A stretch of 58,437 nt of DNA from Piptocephalis cylindrospora (Eukaryota): positions 1 to 58,437 of the forward strand of contig KZ987728.1 in NCBI GenBank assembly GCA_003614145.1. The letters are read 5' to 3'. Of the stretch, positions 45,944 to 58,437 are shown piece after piece (positions within the stretch are counted from its first letter, which is position 1; every line of letters begins with the position of its first letter). Below the pieces are notes generated by a model, which did no database searches, was not told the DNA's origin, and saw nothing but the letters and a program-made list of their open reading frames with translations. The position numbers were made by a program, and so were the translations under genes.

Positions 45944-46635
45944 CTAGTACTTGTACTTGGTGGAATAGTCCTTGGGCGAGACAACGAGACCACGACCTAG
46001 AGAATCCCCCCGTCGCAAATATGAGTGAATACACCAGACAAGACCTCATTAGTAATCATCCCCACAATAAAGTGTCCAAGCTTACCCTTCTTGGCCCCTC
46101 GGTAAACAACCTCGACAATGTCAATCAACTCTTGCTTATCTATCCGAGCCACCCGCATGGCCAGTAAGTACGAGGTGAAGTGAGTATGGTGATAACCGAG
46201 AGTTTCTTCCCTTTCCTCCAAAACCGACTGCTTACCTTCTATGGCCCAGGCAATTTTATTGTTATTACCCGTGCCCAAATCAACCATAATATGCTTATTG
46301 CGGAAGAAGAACATGACCGTGCACGGATCGTACAGCTCGTACATCTTGTTAAAGTCCGGGACCTGAGTAATGTCCACCTAGAATGAACATGAGGGATAGA
46401 AAGAATGAGTCTAGTCTGCGCCTAATCCATCCAGAGTGCCCTCTTGTAAATGTACCAAGTAGATGACGGCGAAGTTCTTGACCCGATCGGCGACCCGATA
46501 CAAAGTCTCATCCATCTTCATGCACACCGCGTCCCAATCATGACCAAAGCGCAAGATTACAACCCGCTCCTCCTCGGACAGGATCGCCTGGTCTACCTGC
46601 CAGCCATTCTCAAGATGAGGGAGGAAAAAGGACAT
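45944..46635 (-). CDS. DIB1: U5 snRNP protein Dib1/Dim1 (TXNL4A), 4 exons
   Basis: MSFFLPHLENGWQVDQAILSEEERVVILRFGHDWD..CMKMDE; DITQVPDFNKMYELYDPCTVMFFFRNKHIMVDLGTGNNNKI; KQELIDIVEVVYRGAKK|GRGLVVSPKDYSTKYKY*. Confidence 0.97.
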
Positions 46636-47314
46636 GAGGGATTGGAATACCAGGGAGAGTAAGGAGTGCTGCTAAGAGGAAGAAAGGGAGAGGAACCAGG
46701 GAAAGGGGAAGGAACGAAGAATCCCAAATGGCTAGACGACAGTGCAGAAATATCAGTTTTGGCATAGTATGAAAGGCCTCCACTTAGTCATGATAGGGAT
46801 GCACAGTGTAAAGCAAGCACATGTCCGGGTTGGCATTAATGTACCCTTTTTATATGTGTAATAATGGACCAGGGTAATCACTCACTTTCAGGATACCGAT
46901 CTGGGGCCTAATGAGATCAGAAACGTATTTAATAAAGGATAGTTACAAGCAGTACCATTGATCCCATGCTATTTAGGGCTTGGATGAGGAGAAACGGTGT
47001 ATATTCTCGTTAATTATATGGCAATTCGCAGTGATAGAGTATTACTGAATTCGATCTCCAGACCTAGTATTACGCGTACCCTCGCCTCTTCCTCGATATA
47101 AAGATCCATTAGAGCTTTCCGCATAAGACAATAGATTCTGTAATATAGTAAAATCCCATCCTAATCGAGTTCACTCACTCAGTGATGACGTGGTACATCA
47201 GCCGACACTCACGGTCATTTCACATCATGATGTAAGGGCATGACTACTTGTGGCGATCGGAGAATGGACAGGCCTTCCTAGCCTTCCTTCCCATCCTGCC
47301 ATCCCTTTTACATC

Positions 47315-48697
47315 ATGACCAAATCCCTCTCCAAGTCCCATCCATTCCATCGAGTTATCCACTTTGTTGCACCCCATCTACCCAGGTATGATCTCCTGGT
47401 CCTGCTTAAGGTAGACCAGGAGACCCGCAAGATCCTACTGCCCTGGGTGTACACACACCTAAACTTTCAGGGCCTTCGGGTGTCACCCTATACGGCCCTG
47501 CATCGCTTTGTCTCCCTAGCCGATAAAAATCATTCTGGGAGTAGTTTAGTACGCTATCTGGTATTGACGGGATTGGAAGAATGCCTGTGCGAGCAAGTAC
47601 CCGTAGTGTGGTTGAGTAGGCTGCTCGAGCGGTGCCCCAACGTTCAGGGAATCACTTCGATAGGCTGCACCCTCTTGAACGACAAGGTTCTCCTTCACAA
47701 TCTCTCGTCGAGCCCAGAATCCTCCCTGGCCTGGACACGTCTCCGCTATTTTCACCATGATGGATCATCCCTCTCCCTCACCGCCCTGAATGAAGCTCTG
47801 CGGAACATGCCATTTCTCGAGGAATTAACCTTGAATGGTATTCGAGCAGAACCACTCCTCGTTCTTCTTCGCCAAAACTGTCACCAACTTCGAAAATTAA
47901 TCTTGACCGACGCGTCATTGTCCGGGAAGCATACTTCTCCCCTTCCCATATCTCGCCGTCCCACGGTCATGAGCGCCCTTGCCCACTTGGACCTGTCCCG
48001 AAATGGGCAGCTCACCAGCCAATCGGCTTTGCTAGCCCATGAGATGGTTGGATCCCTCACTTTTCTTAGTCTCCGTGAATGCTCTGCCATGCGAAACCAA
48101 GACCTCATTGCCCTGACCCCCCACCTTACCTCTCTCAGAATCCTGGACGTATCTGGGTGCCCTTCACTCTCCCTCCCCGCTTTTCATACCTTGGCTCTTC
48201 ATACCAAGCTGACTCGGCTCACTGCATCAGTTCGGCTTCTCTGCGGCCCCCGAGAAGCCATGTCTCCACGGCCGTCTGGCCTCACCCTTCTAAACTCTAC
48301 TATTCCATACATCATCTCCCTGGAACTCCATGGCCTCCTCCCAGAGGCTGATGGCTCCTATTGGAGAGGATGTATGACCGCCTGTTCCAGACTTCGAAAG
48401 GTCATTCTTTACCGGGAGGCCTCCCAACATGACTTTCTCCTTGGTTCCTATTCCACCCCCGCCCCCATTTCCTCATCTCCTCCATCATACGCGTCCTTGG
48501 TTCAGGAGGAATGGGGTCAAGATCCCTGGGCTGGTCATGTCTCTAAAACTACTACGGATAGACCATTTACCCACCCTGAAAATGCTCCCAACTCCTGGGA
48601 TGGCCTTTTTCCTTGGATCAACGCCTCCAAGGATGCCATTCAGGTAGTTTTCCACACTGCGTCGTCCTCCTCCTCCTTTTCCATGTCTTCTTGGTGA
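47315..48697 (+). CDS. RNI-like leucine-rich repeat protein, probable degenerate F-box/LRR
   Basis: LRR units LEELTLNG, LRKLILTD, LAHLDLSRN, LTFLSLREC, LRILDVSGC. The N-terminal segment (HFVAPHLPRYDLLVLLKVD...ILLPWVY) resembles a degenerate F-box. Confidence 0.7.
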   Translation: MTKSLSKSHPFHRVIHFVAPHLPRYDLLVLLKVDQETRKILLPWVYTHLNFQGLRVSPYTALHRFVSLADKNHSGSSLVRYLVLTGLEECLCEQVPVVWLSRLLERCPNVQGITSIGCTLLNDKVLLHNLSSSPESSLAWTRLRYFHHDGSSLSLTALNEALRNMPFLEELTLNGIRAEPLLVLLRQNCHQLRKLILTDASLSGKHTSPLPISRRPTVMSALAHLDLSRNGQLTSQSALLAHEMVGSLTFLSLRECSAMRNQDLIALTPHLTSLRILDVSGCPSLSLPAFHTLALHTKLTRLTASVRLLCGPREAMSPRPSGLTLLNSTIPYIISLELHGLLPEADGSYWRGCMTACSRLRKVILYREASQHDFLLGSYSTPAPISSSPPSYASLVQEEWGQDPWAGHVSKTTTDRPFTHPENAPNSWDGLFPWINASKDAIQVVFHTASSSSSFSMSSW

Positions 48698-50414
48698 CCC
48701 GCCTTGTAAAACCCTGCTTTGGGTATCTGTTGTTTAGCTTATCAATGCGAATACAATTACCTGATCCCTGTAAAGCTCATTTCATGACCCACTAGATGCA
48801 TCTTAGAATGATGATCAGGGTCGCTATCCATTACTCAGATAGAGTGAGAAAAAAATGTCCAAAGTGTCCGTCCTAAGCCCAGCATACGTGGCGCCGGGGG
48901 CTTTATCCTCGATGTGTACTCTACATAGAGAAATAGGGACACTGCAAACATATGTTTCCCATCCTTATCCGTAGGAATATCCGCGACCATGTAGAGATGG
49001 CTGATTTTTTAGGCTGGCACCATGCCCAATTTGTTATTGGTCCCTTTTATCTGGGAAGAACAATGGCTTTATCGTTGTAATCGTGTGATGGGAGGCTCAT
49101 CTTTTTGGCTGTAGTGAGCTTACATCCTGGGCATGCTGGCTTTAGGGCAGGTAGTGTTGTTAGTGTGTTAGGACACCCTTGTCTGCTACACATGGTAATA
49201 CAATATATCTGATTATCACCATCACCCTAAGCTTTACCTATAGGGAGGGTAGGGTCTCGATACTGTTAAAATAACCGAGGCTAAACTAGGAGTAGATACT
49301 TATGTGTCTCTCCACAGGTATTTGCACTCTCTAACTTGACAGCTCATTTATATATGCCCTTTTGGAGCCTCATCTCTCCACATATCTAATCTCTCATTCA
49401 AATAGATCTAGTTCATGATAAGTTAGACCAAACATCTTAAGTTCACTACATTGTTCCTACTGATGTCTTGTGCTTAACCGCAATGACTTGTTGCACAACG
49501 ATATCTCTATAAGGGGAGCAGTAAATAGAAATGGTCAAGCGTTTCTCAAAGGCCAGCACAACCTATAGGATTCAAGCTCTCGCCTGCAAGGCTGACATGG
49601 TGACATAAAAAGTAAAACACAAGGTCGGGCCATCTTCTGGCTAGCACTTAAGCCTCCTCAACCATCATCGCAACCATCGCAGCCATCGCAGCTCCAGCTG
49701 GCATGAGTCATTTGGTTGCAGCAGCTGGAGGAACGTGGAGCAGATGGAGAAACGTGGAGCGGGCGGAGATTATCAGCTGGACAGTCCGACTTTTTTTTCT
49801 GTTGAAAAATTTATTGTCTTATGGGGAATCACCCAAGGGACAGAGATTTACAGGGAGGCTAAAGAGCAACAGAAATCACTAAAGCGGGGGACTCCATTAC
49901 CAGATCCCACCTCACAATGTCTTTAAGCTGTTCCCATGAGGACATAAATGACTGACCTTGGACGGGTGGTTGGTAACCACCTGAGACGGGCAGAGAGCGA
50001 GGATCTGATCAAGGCGGAGAAGAGCCTCCGTATGGCCATTAGGGAGAATGGGGTCTTGTGGGCAGCCTGACTTGATCAATATTGTGGCAAGGATAAATCG
50101 AAAACGGGCTGCTATGGTTCAATTCCACTTGACAAAACCCCGGTCCTATCCAGCGTCAAAAGCCGTCCAGAATAGGAGAATCTGGATGTCCCTTTTGTAC
50201 AATAATCATTCGCGCAGAGAAAAAAAACACTGATTCTTATCCTCAGTGAAAGAAATAAATACTTAAACCTGGCATTCTCTGCATCTCATAAACCGTATCT
50301 CCAGCACCACATCCCCGCCCTTTACATTCACTTCGAGTACTACCGTTGTTGTAACGACCCACCTACTGACACTCTTCCATACAACCTTTTCGACACGCTA
50401 ACGACCTTACTGCT

Positions 50415-51347
50415 ATGCGCTCCTCCTTTGTCTATCTCGCGTCCCTTATTGCTGTAGCCATCGTTGCTACCGTTAACGTTGAGGCATCTCCCGGGTTCAG
50501 GTTGCCTACTCATTTCCAGGAGGAACTAGACGGTCTTTCTTCTAATAACCAAGAAGGTAGCAATACTGCTTTGAGGGATCATCCGTCCCAAGAAAGTAAT
50601 CGTCCCAGCTTGAGGACACCTTCTCAAGCTCGTAACCATTCTTTTTCGAGAGCATCTTTGTCTCGAAGACGTGGCCATGATACTTCAAGCGTCCCCCACC
50701 CCCAAAGACATAATGGTTTTACCTCAAGGCGCTATTCATCCCAAAGTCGTGGTCGTTCTACCTCGGGACCTCACTCGCTCCAAACTCGTAATCGCTCTAC
50801 CCCGACACCATATCCGTTCCAAGCTCATCATCTTTCTATTTCGGAGCCACGCTTGCTCTCATGGCCTACCCTACAAGATATCTATAGAGATCCTTCGGTG
50901 GAGAGCACTCCCGCACAGACTGTCAGGAATGTCTTGATCATTGAGCGTCAGCTGATGCTCCTAGGTAGAGGTGATGGGAATATCACGCCTACTAATTTGG
51001 CGCCGTACATGGACATCAGGCAGGCAGTGGAAGCCATTTCGGCTCTTAACCCTATGAGATCTGATGAGCACACCAATCGTATGATCAGTAATTGGTCGAC
51101 CATGATTGAGTCTCGGTTTACAAGAAGCTATGTGGATGTTCGGATTCAAAGGAACTCAGTGGAGGCCGCCAACTCCAGTGGCCTCATCCGTCTAAGGAAT
51201 TACCTCCTCAGTTGGTTAGAGAACACTCCACCAAATGTAAAGAGTCAAATATCTGAGTTTGAGACGGAGATGAACAACCTTCGCACCCAGAATCGCCAAC
51301 ATCCCGATGGTCTCAATTCAGCCTCCAACGAAGCGCCCACGCAATAA
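50415..51347 (+). CDS. Orphan secreted protein (310 aa)
   Basis: Clear signal peptide MRSSFVYLASLIAVAIVATVNVEA; S/R-rich repeat region; probably helical C-terminal domain; no TM, no Cys; intronless. Confidence 0.75.
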   Translation: MRSSFVYLASLIAVAIVATVNVEASPGFRLPTHFQEELDGLSSNNQEGSNTALRDHPSQESNRPSLRTPSQARNHSFSRASLSRRRGHDTSSVPHPQRHNGFTSRRYSSQSRGRSTSGPHSLQTRNRSTPTPYPFQAHHLSISEPRLLSWPTLQDIYRDPSVESTPAQTVRNVLIIERQLMLLGRGDGNITPTNLAPYMDIRQAVEAISALNPMRSDEHTNRMISNWSTMIESRFTRSYVDVRIQRNSVEAANSSGLIRLRNYLLSWLENTPPNVKSQISEFETEMNNLRTQNRQHPDGLNSASNEAPTQ

Positions 51348-52013
51348 CCATGATCCCCATTGCTAAATTCAAGAGTGCTCTCTAAAAGGCGATCCTAGGA
51401 TCTGACATGGCTGCATTTCACAGCCTCGAGCTAATAGACAATCTTTACATAAGAAAAATACGTCGTGAAAGCACATTATAAGAAACGTCAATCTACAATT
51501 GACAACGAGAATAGGCTGGAGACAATTATGGAGGCGGATAATGCGGATTTTAAAAAAGGCAGGAAACATGGAATGAGCAAAGAAGTTGGGCCAAACAATC
51601 CAGAGGGATATGCAAGTAGAGGACACTGAATCTGGTATTTCTCTCCTTTCTATCTGAAGTGTTGAGGTTTTCGAGCTCTTTGTTTTTTGGTGCTCGGTAA
51701 ACAACACATTATCTACTCCCATTTCCTCTTTGCATCCTTTGATATCCTGAAATCAGCCCACTTCTATCAATCTCCCTTCCCCTTTTCCCTGCTTGGCAGT
51801 CCTTCATTTTTCCTCACTCCACCACAAGATAGGTTCCTCTTCATATTCAACTTCCCATCCAGACGGGTATACCAATATACCTTCACTGACGCCTTATCCT
51901 TGGCTAGAATATCTCACTACATAACATTATCACAGCGTTCTAAAGAGAGCAATTTTATTTCTGTACCAACTCTTCAAACCATTAGCATGAGCATCCCAAT
52001 GCAGGCCATGGCC

Positions 52014-55000
52014 TTAGAGGAAGGCCGCCCATCCAATATACATCTTGGAAAGGTTATCAGGATCCACCGCCTGTCGGATCAACTCGTCCACCTGACCCTT
52101 CTCGGAGAGATTTAATCCCGCATGCAGGATCTCTCCCTGGAGCTTCTTCTCCACCGTGCGAAGCACCTTGATCGCTCGATCGTACCGTGCTCGGTTATCT
52201 TGAACGGCATCGCGACTCCCTCGCCCCTTCCGCTTCCCTGCCACATCTACCGATGTCCGGGAAGATTTAGAATTGGATCCCCATTCTACCAAAGGATCAT
52301 GTACAAAAGTCTCGAGGACACACATCAGAGATGCTTCATGTTCCCGTATCACCCGTAAGGTTTCCTCACATGTCCTTCGGAAGGCCCCCTCTACCCCAGT
52401 GACCCCGAGGGCCGCCACTAGGTTTTGTGTTAACCGGAAAGGAACCAACTCTGGTCGCTCAAAAGTCTTCCCCTTGTCAAACAAGCAGTTTAAGTCCACG
52501 TGCACCGCTTCCCCATTGGTAGAGTCAAAGAGAATGTTCTCACCATGACGATCCCCGAGTCTGAGTGAATAAGGGGATAGTGATGAGTCATAAGCGTTGG
52601 TACATCTTTCCAAGCTGAAAAACTCCGCACCTCTCCATCCATAATGGTACTCTTCTTGTGCTATGCCCCATCAGCACACTTACCCAACAAGGTATCCGAT
52701 CATGGACATGACCGCTAGGGTTACTGAATAGGACTTTCGGGCTGCATACCACCGTTCCGGGTCAGGGAAGGTATCCAGGAACCATTCGTGGAACACCGGT
52801 TTAATCCTAGGAGCAAATAAGAGAACAATGAGTTGAATTGGCAGGGTGAGAAAGAGAGAAAGAATGGGCCCTAGTCCTCATACCTAGCGAGAACTCGCTT
52901 TACAAAAGCCTTTCCAGTCTGTTGCGGTGGAACGTCCATTTCTCGCAGAATATCTCGAGTCTACCGCCCAGCCCATAAGATGTTAGTAAAGGCACGAGCC
53001 AAGGATTTGTGAGCCTCCTCCCTAGACTCACCGCAAGGGAAACGCCTCTATTCGAATAGTATTTGCCGAGGATCAGCCGTAGCCCCACCGTCTTGGGTAC
53101 CCATTCAATCAAGCCACATGTATCGTTCAATGGTAATACAGCGTAGGTCCGGATATCTGCCGTTTCCTCAATCATCTCGATTAGATCATTAGTGCTCACT
53201 TTCTTTGTTTCAACCCAATAAGAAAGAACCAGAGTACTTACGCATCTTTCGCCGTCTAGTTTCCACGTCTGCCCCCAAAAGCCGGTTGATCATCGAATTA
53301 AATTCCATCAATCGAGCATCCTTACGGAGGTCATCTTTGGGTTTCACGAGAAATCGATACGATTGCCCATCAGATCCCAGGACCCCTAAACGTTTGGGCT
53401 GAACCAAAGAAGGCATCACCGCGACTTGATCTTCAAATCCAAGGATGGTAGTAAACTCACCCTCAGAGTTTGAGGCCGAAGTGAGCCAGGGTCGATTGGT
53501 TGGGGCAAGCATGGCCTCCTGCGTGGGTACTAAGATCTCCAAAGGGGACAAACGCCCCAGTTCCCGGAAATGGAGATTGAGACTAAAGGGCCGCGGCCGA
53601 GTATTTCGCGCAGGGCTCGTAAAGTTGGCCAAATTAATGAGAAGCGGAGGCACTGCATCCATCCCTTCGATCATCCTTAGTATCCGTGCCCTCCACTCAG
53701 AGCTTTCTCCCGGCCCACTATCCCAGGTCTCCCCCACCCCTCCATCCCCGAGATGCTGCTTCATTCGGTTGATTAGGGCCGTGGACCGCACCACTCGGAT
53801 TTTTACGTCGGAACGCTGAATGGGCACAAGCCACCACATGGCATGATATGGATACCGGCGCATTACCAGGAGGATCATCCGTTCCAAGATAGAATACGCT
53901 GTCTTATCTTCATGCCCAATCCGTGAAAGGATTTGGGAAAAGGCGTAATAATACTGGGAAAAGGGATAAAGGAGGGTGAGCAAAAGCTTATCAAGCCCAA
54001 TAGGACCTTTTTAGGATGATACGTCAACTTACATGGGAAACTGGGAGTTTATCCACATACTTGTAAATCATCTGGTTGATGGACGGATCTTCCGGATCCT
54101 CCACATCCGTCCCGCTCGAGGATCCCACTCGCCCTTCGGTTAACCATAATGTGATGAAGCGCGAAATGGTTTGATCAATAAACTTGCGCCCGCACGTCAA
54201 GGCCTTAACATACATCTTGCACACGTGGAAGCGTAATTGATAGGTTTGGAGGCTCTCCTTGGATCTAGGGCTTCCCAAGTTAATGGAGGTATACGAGGAA
54301 GATGACATCGGGGTAGGGCTAAAGCGTCCACCAACTCCAGTAGGACGTGTGACCCTCCCTTTATCCCGATTCGCGGACCCTTCATAAAGTCGATTAAAGT
54401 ACCGCCCGCAATAAAAATATGCCTTTTCCCGCTCCGGTACCTGCTTCGACCCCTGCTCATACATGTGGATCATTGCGTTGGCCACACGTAAGCCCATGTC
54501 TTCAGTCCACCGGGAGTATCGCAGATTCATCTATACAAAGAAGAGAGAAAGTTACAAACTTCTGTTGAAGGACAAAAACAAAATTATACCATCAGAGCCA
54601 TATCCTTACTTACATTAGCCCACTGGGCATTCACATCGGCATTTACATCAGGAGAGCTTTTAGGCCCAAAGTGGACCAGGCGCATGCCATCCTCGAGGAC
54701 ACGCATAGCACGAGTTCTATCTCCCTGCGCCCAAATCAATTTAGCATCCTCCACCACGCACCGAAGATGATCAACGAGAGATGAGGCAGCTAGAGGAAGG
54801 GCCGATAGAATGGCCGATTCGGCCACCTCGAAAAATCCTGCTTGCCTAGCAAGCTTAGCATGCTTTAAAGCAAGGTCTACTTGTAACCTCCGTCGCCCCT
54901 CCCCCTCTTCCGGTGACTCTTCGTTCCATGGAAGCGCCGCCAGAACCCTATGAAGGGTGAGCAGCCTCTCCCGGTCCGCGTACATGGGCCCCAGTGAGGA

Positions 55001-58000
55001 GCTCCGGTACTTCATCCAAGTTTCAAGCGCGGCTACTCTCCCCATGCCCCTCTCTGCATTTGGTTCCGTGGAGGTCATTCGCGCATACTGCTCAATATCA
55101 AAAAGCGCATGGAGGTGGGGAAGGACTCGGCCAGCCGCACGTTGGTAGCCAGTCCATAAGCTACCTCCCTCCACCTGAACCCCATCCAAGGCTAGGGCCA
55201 AGGGAGCCAGGAGAGTCCGATGTCGAAGTGTCGCTAGAGTCTTAGACAGATCTTGATGCACATCCTCCCCATTTCCACCATCCCCTTTGTGACCTCCACG
55301 CTCGGTCGTACTTCTCATATACCCTCGTAGTGATATCAAGGCAGGCGCCACGACAGATGTCACATCCCCTGTTCCCTCCGTCGATTGCATCACTTCCACT
55401 CCAGTCATCTTATCCTCTACTACCTTCCATGCCCGTCTATCAAGACCCTCGTCTACCCTACCAGATAAATCAGGGCGCAAGGAGGCGTCAGTTAACTCAT
55501 CCAACATATCCCACTGACCCATCCTCCAGCATGCTTCGGAAGTGATCCGGGTTAACCACTTTCCCTTTTCCTTGTGCGACCTAGCATGGTCAACCACACG
55601 AGGATAGTCGCCCGCTACCATAAGATTGCGCATGAGAGAGCGACGATGATCCTCCTCCTCCCCCTTCTCTTCTTCAGAGCCATCACCGAGGAAAAGAAGC
55701 ATATCTAAAGACACTCCCGCCATCCTCCACTTTCCACGGGCCTCTTGCTCCAGGGCCCTTCGTTTCAATATTCGCCCTCGTTGCTCGTCAATTCCCCCTT
55801 TCACAGGGCTCGGGTTAACAGGAGAAAGAGCACTTACACCATCTACCCCATCTTCATCCCCTAGAGAGGCATAAAGGCTTAAGAGGTCACTCAGCTCCTC
55901 CTCAGTCCAACCGCGACTTGGGCCTACTAGAGAGTCTCCTTCACTGCCCGCTGATCCTCCTTGCGTCTGACGCTCAGTCCAGGACTGTCTCATCACTTCC
56001 TCTTGTTTCATAAGTGCCCGCGTATATGCCCCACATTTCTTGGCTGCCAAGGCAATCAGGTCGTACCGAATGAGCTTCATGGCTCCTTCCACCTTAGTTC
56101 GAGTCTTACAGGCATGTTCTAAACGTTCCCTAGCTTGACCCTCGCCCTTGCTCACTGACCCAAGGCCCTTCCCTCCTCCCTCTTCCTCCTCATCCTCCAT
56201 ATCAGCCCGGGCATCCTCCTCTTCTTTTCTTCTTCGCTGCACCCAGCCTTCGGCAAGCCGAAGGATATAAAAGACGGTATGGGTACACTCTTTGGCTAAT
56301 CGTTCCTTCCCTTCTCCCTCTGACTTGGAGCCCTGCACTGAATCAGCTTTTTCATCAGTACGATGATGCTGAAAGTAAGAAAGGACCGTGGTCATCTCAC
56401 CTAAAATCATCTCCCTGGCCTTAACCTCCTCTTCGTTCATGGTTTCTCCGTCTATCGACTTCGACTTTCCCATCCAGGCCCCAGTGAGGACGTGTAGAGC
56501 AAGGTGAGGAAGTAAACGGGACCCCAGATGATGAGACCCATGCCTGATTGATGGCCACAATAGACGCAGCCACCCCGCAACTCCATCATCTCCATTCAAC
56601 CCGCCTTTCCTTTGCTGCATACTTCTTGCTCGAGAGCTATTCCCCCGACGAAATATCCTCCACATCCTCCGTAACCATCCATTAATCCATTGGGCATGAC
56701 TATTGGCCTGATGGAAAACCGGAACTCCTCCCATCATCCCACCCTCAACCTCTTGCTCTTCCCCGTCCCCATCTTCCCGTAAATGGTACTTGGATGTAAG
56801 AAGAGGTTGGATGGCCTCCCGGATCAGGCCTGGCAAAGTTTCCCACTCCTCAGTTCTTTTACGCAGCTCTGCTCCCTCTCCTTCTGCCTCCTCCTCTTCC
56901 CCCGTCCTGGTCATGGCCCTAGTCCATCCGAGGGCTTTGAGGAGAGTTTGTAGAGTGTATGCGATATACTGTTGACGTACCGCATCTTTACTCGCACGGA
57001 ATGCTGGTCCCAGCTCATCCACAATAATGTCCCGGACCCATCCTCTCCTCCCAGCAAGTGTATCCAAATCATACACCTTTACTCCAGTAATCTCCCGCCC
57101 TGATCCAGCCCTTTCTCCACCGCCGTCGCTCTTGGGCAGGTTGAAGCGCCCAAGGAGGTGCTGGATGGACACGGGGTCCACTACGCCAATCGCTCCAAGT
57201 CCTTGAGCCGCCCAATCAACAATATCCTCATCCTGCCTATGGTATCGTAGAACAGACTTCAGAAGTAATTGAATGGCCCGGAGTGGAATTGTTTTGGCCC
57301 TAGGTCGCTCCTCGATGCTACTCACTCCTCTCTCGATCCCCACTGTTGCTCCCATTTCCTTGGATCCTTTTCCAAGGAGAGTTTGGCCTGCCTGCAATAC
57401 CCGAGTATGCTCTTGGAGCAGCCTATGGTAAATCTCAATCAAAACCCTCTTGACTACCACGGCACTCTCATGCTTTTCTCCTAACGAGAGTAGTGCATCC
57501 TCTTCTACATCACCATTCATCTCCACATCCTCAGGCCCATTCACCATGACGCAATCCGCCCCATTATCTTCATCGTCCGTTGACACGTTACTTCCACGCC
57601 ATGGAAGAGGGGAGAGGGATCGTCGGAAGTGGCGGAGGAGAAAGGATATTAACCTTTGAGCTTCCTTCCACACAGAAGGATCATGGGACAATGTCAATAC
57701 ACCATCAAAAACATCCATGACTATGCAATAAGCATGAACCGCAGCGGCCTCCTCTTCCTCATCGTCCCTTCCTTGTTTCCCACGGTTTAACGATTCACGA
57801 CTCTTGTTCTTACTCCCTCCCCTCCCTCGGACTCTCTTCCCTGCTTCTTCCCTCTCCTCCTGAAGCACTTGAAACATGATCCTCCAGCATGTCAGAGAGA
57901 TCTCTCGGTGATCCGTATCCCGGACAGCAGTCTCCAAAGAAGCTGTCAGTAAGGCTCGGACCGGTCGTATCCCACGGCCTCCAACCAGAACAATAATGGC

Positions 58001-58437
58001 TTGTAGAGCACGTAATGCCGTCCCCTTTTCCTCTTTCATGTCCCCTGTAAGTGCTTTGTTAATGTGGACGAGAAAAGCAGGTAGATGACTAGAAAGGTGG
58101 CCCTTCATCGTCTCTCGTGGGGCATTCCTGCATCTAGACATGACATCAATTATCACATCAAAAGCCCAAAGAATCTAGTGGAAGCAACAAAATTACCAAT
58201 ACATCCAATAAAGGCAAGGTTTCAGTAAATGATAAGATGCGCCGGAAAGTGGGCCCACCCACCCGTTAAAAAAGTAGCTTACCTTCCGCTTTCTACGCGG
58301 ACCTCTTCTCCGGTCCCCAAGAGCATGAGCAAGGGAAACAGTGAGATCAGAGGAAGACCGTTCGATGAGATCGGAGAGTAGATCTTCTTCTGCTCGATCG
58401 TAGCAGGATGTGGAGATGAATGGTGATGTAGAAGAGG
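52014..58437 (-). CDS. MEC1: PIKK kinase Mec1/Rad3/ATR, partial (5' end lies beyond the window), multi-exon
   Basis: UME-like region; FAT domain (CGAYTRAL, EACWRMGQWD, KHAKLARQAG, AKLIWAQG); kinase KPKDDLRKDARLMEFNSMINRLL, GLIEWV, LGDRHGENIL..HVDLNCLFDKG, VPFRLTQN; FATC NLSKMYIGWAAFL*. Confidence 0.93.

Noticed and set aside
630..46635. Apparent clustering of RNA-related genes (CGI121, NCS6, UPF2, CWC21, DIB1)
   Set aside because: Different pathways, interspersed with unrelated genes; expected by chance in a compact housekeeping-rich genome.
1596..47077. ACGCGT (MCB-like) sites upstream of CGI121 (1596), CENP-H (15773), YTA7 (39877) and the LRR gene (47072)
   Set aside because: Single copies only, and the same hexamer also occurs in CDSs and an intron, so enrichment is not demonstrable.
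1..58437. CRISPR arrays, rRNA, snRNA, or intact transposase/reverse-transcriptase genes
   Set aside because: No repeat-spacer array, no recognisable rRNA or snRNA signature and no transposase or RT motifs were seen by eye; an Rfam and repeat-library scan would be the decisive check.

Overview
Gene-dense eukaryotic DNA: short GT-AG introns (about 55-115 nt), pyrimidine-rich leaders, and proteins with S-rich, G-rich and acidic insertions. The gene set is fungal. A compact early-diverging fungus (Zoopagomycota-like) is my inference from style, not a database result. I can support about 19 protein genes, plus a few weak ORFs. Recognisable genes: CGI121 (5 exons, missed by the ORF track), GPI13/PIG-O, a class I methyltransferase-like protein, an atypical septin, CENP-H (6 exons, missed by the ORF track), CTU1/NCS6, a secreted phosphoesterase/non-specific phospholipase C, FMP46-like, UPF2, a P5B ATPase (YPK9), CWC21, YTA7/ATAD2, DIB1, an LRR protein and the 3' part of MEC1/ATR. 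The orphans are three type-I membrane proteins and one secreted protein. Lead 1: two paralogous single-pass surface proteins that share a CBM2-like ectodomain (candidate polysaccharide receptors). Lead 2: a +1 frame discontinuity at the 5' end of the polyamine-transporter-family P5B ATPase, either antizyme-like recoding/uORF or a homopolymer error. No tRNA, rRNA, CRISPR array or intact mobile element could be supported.
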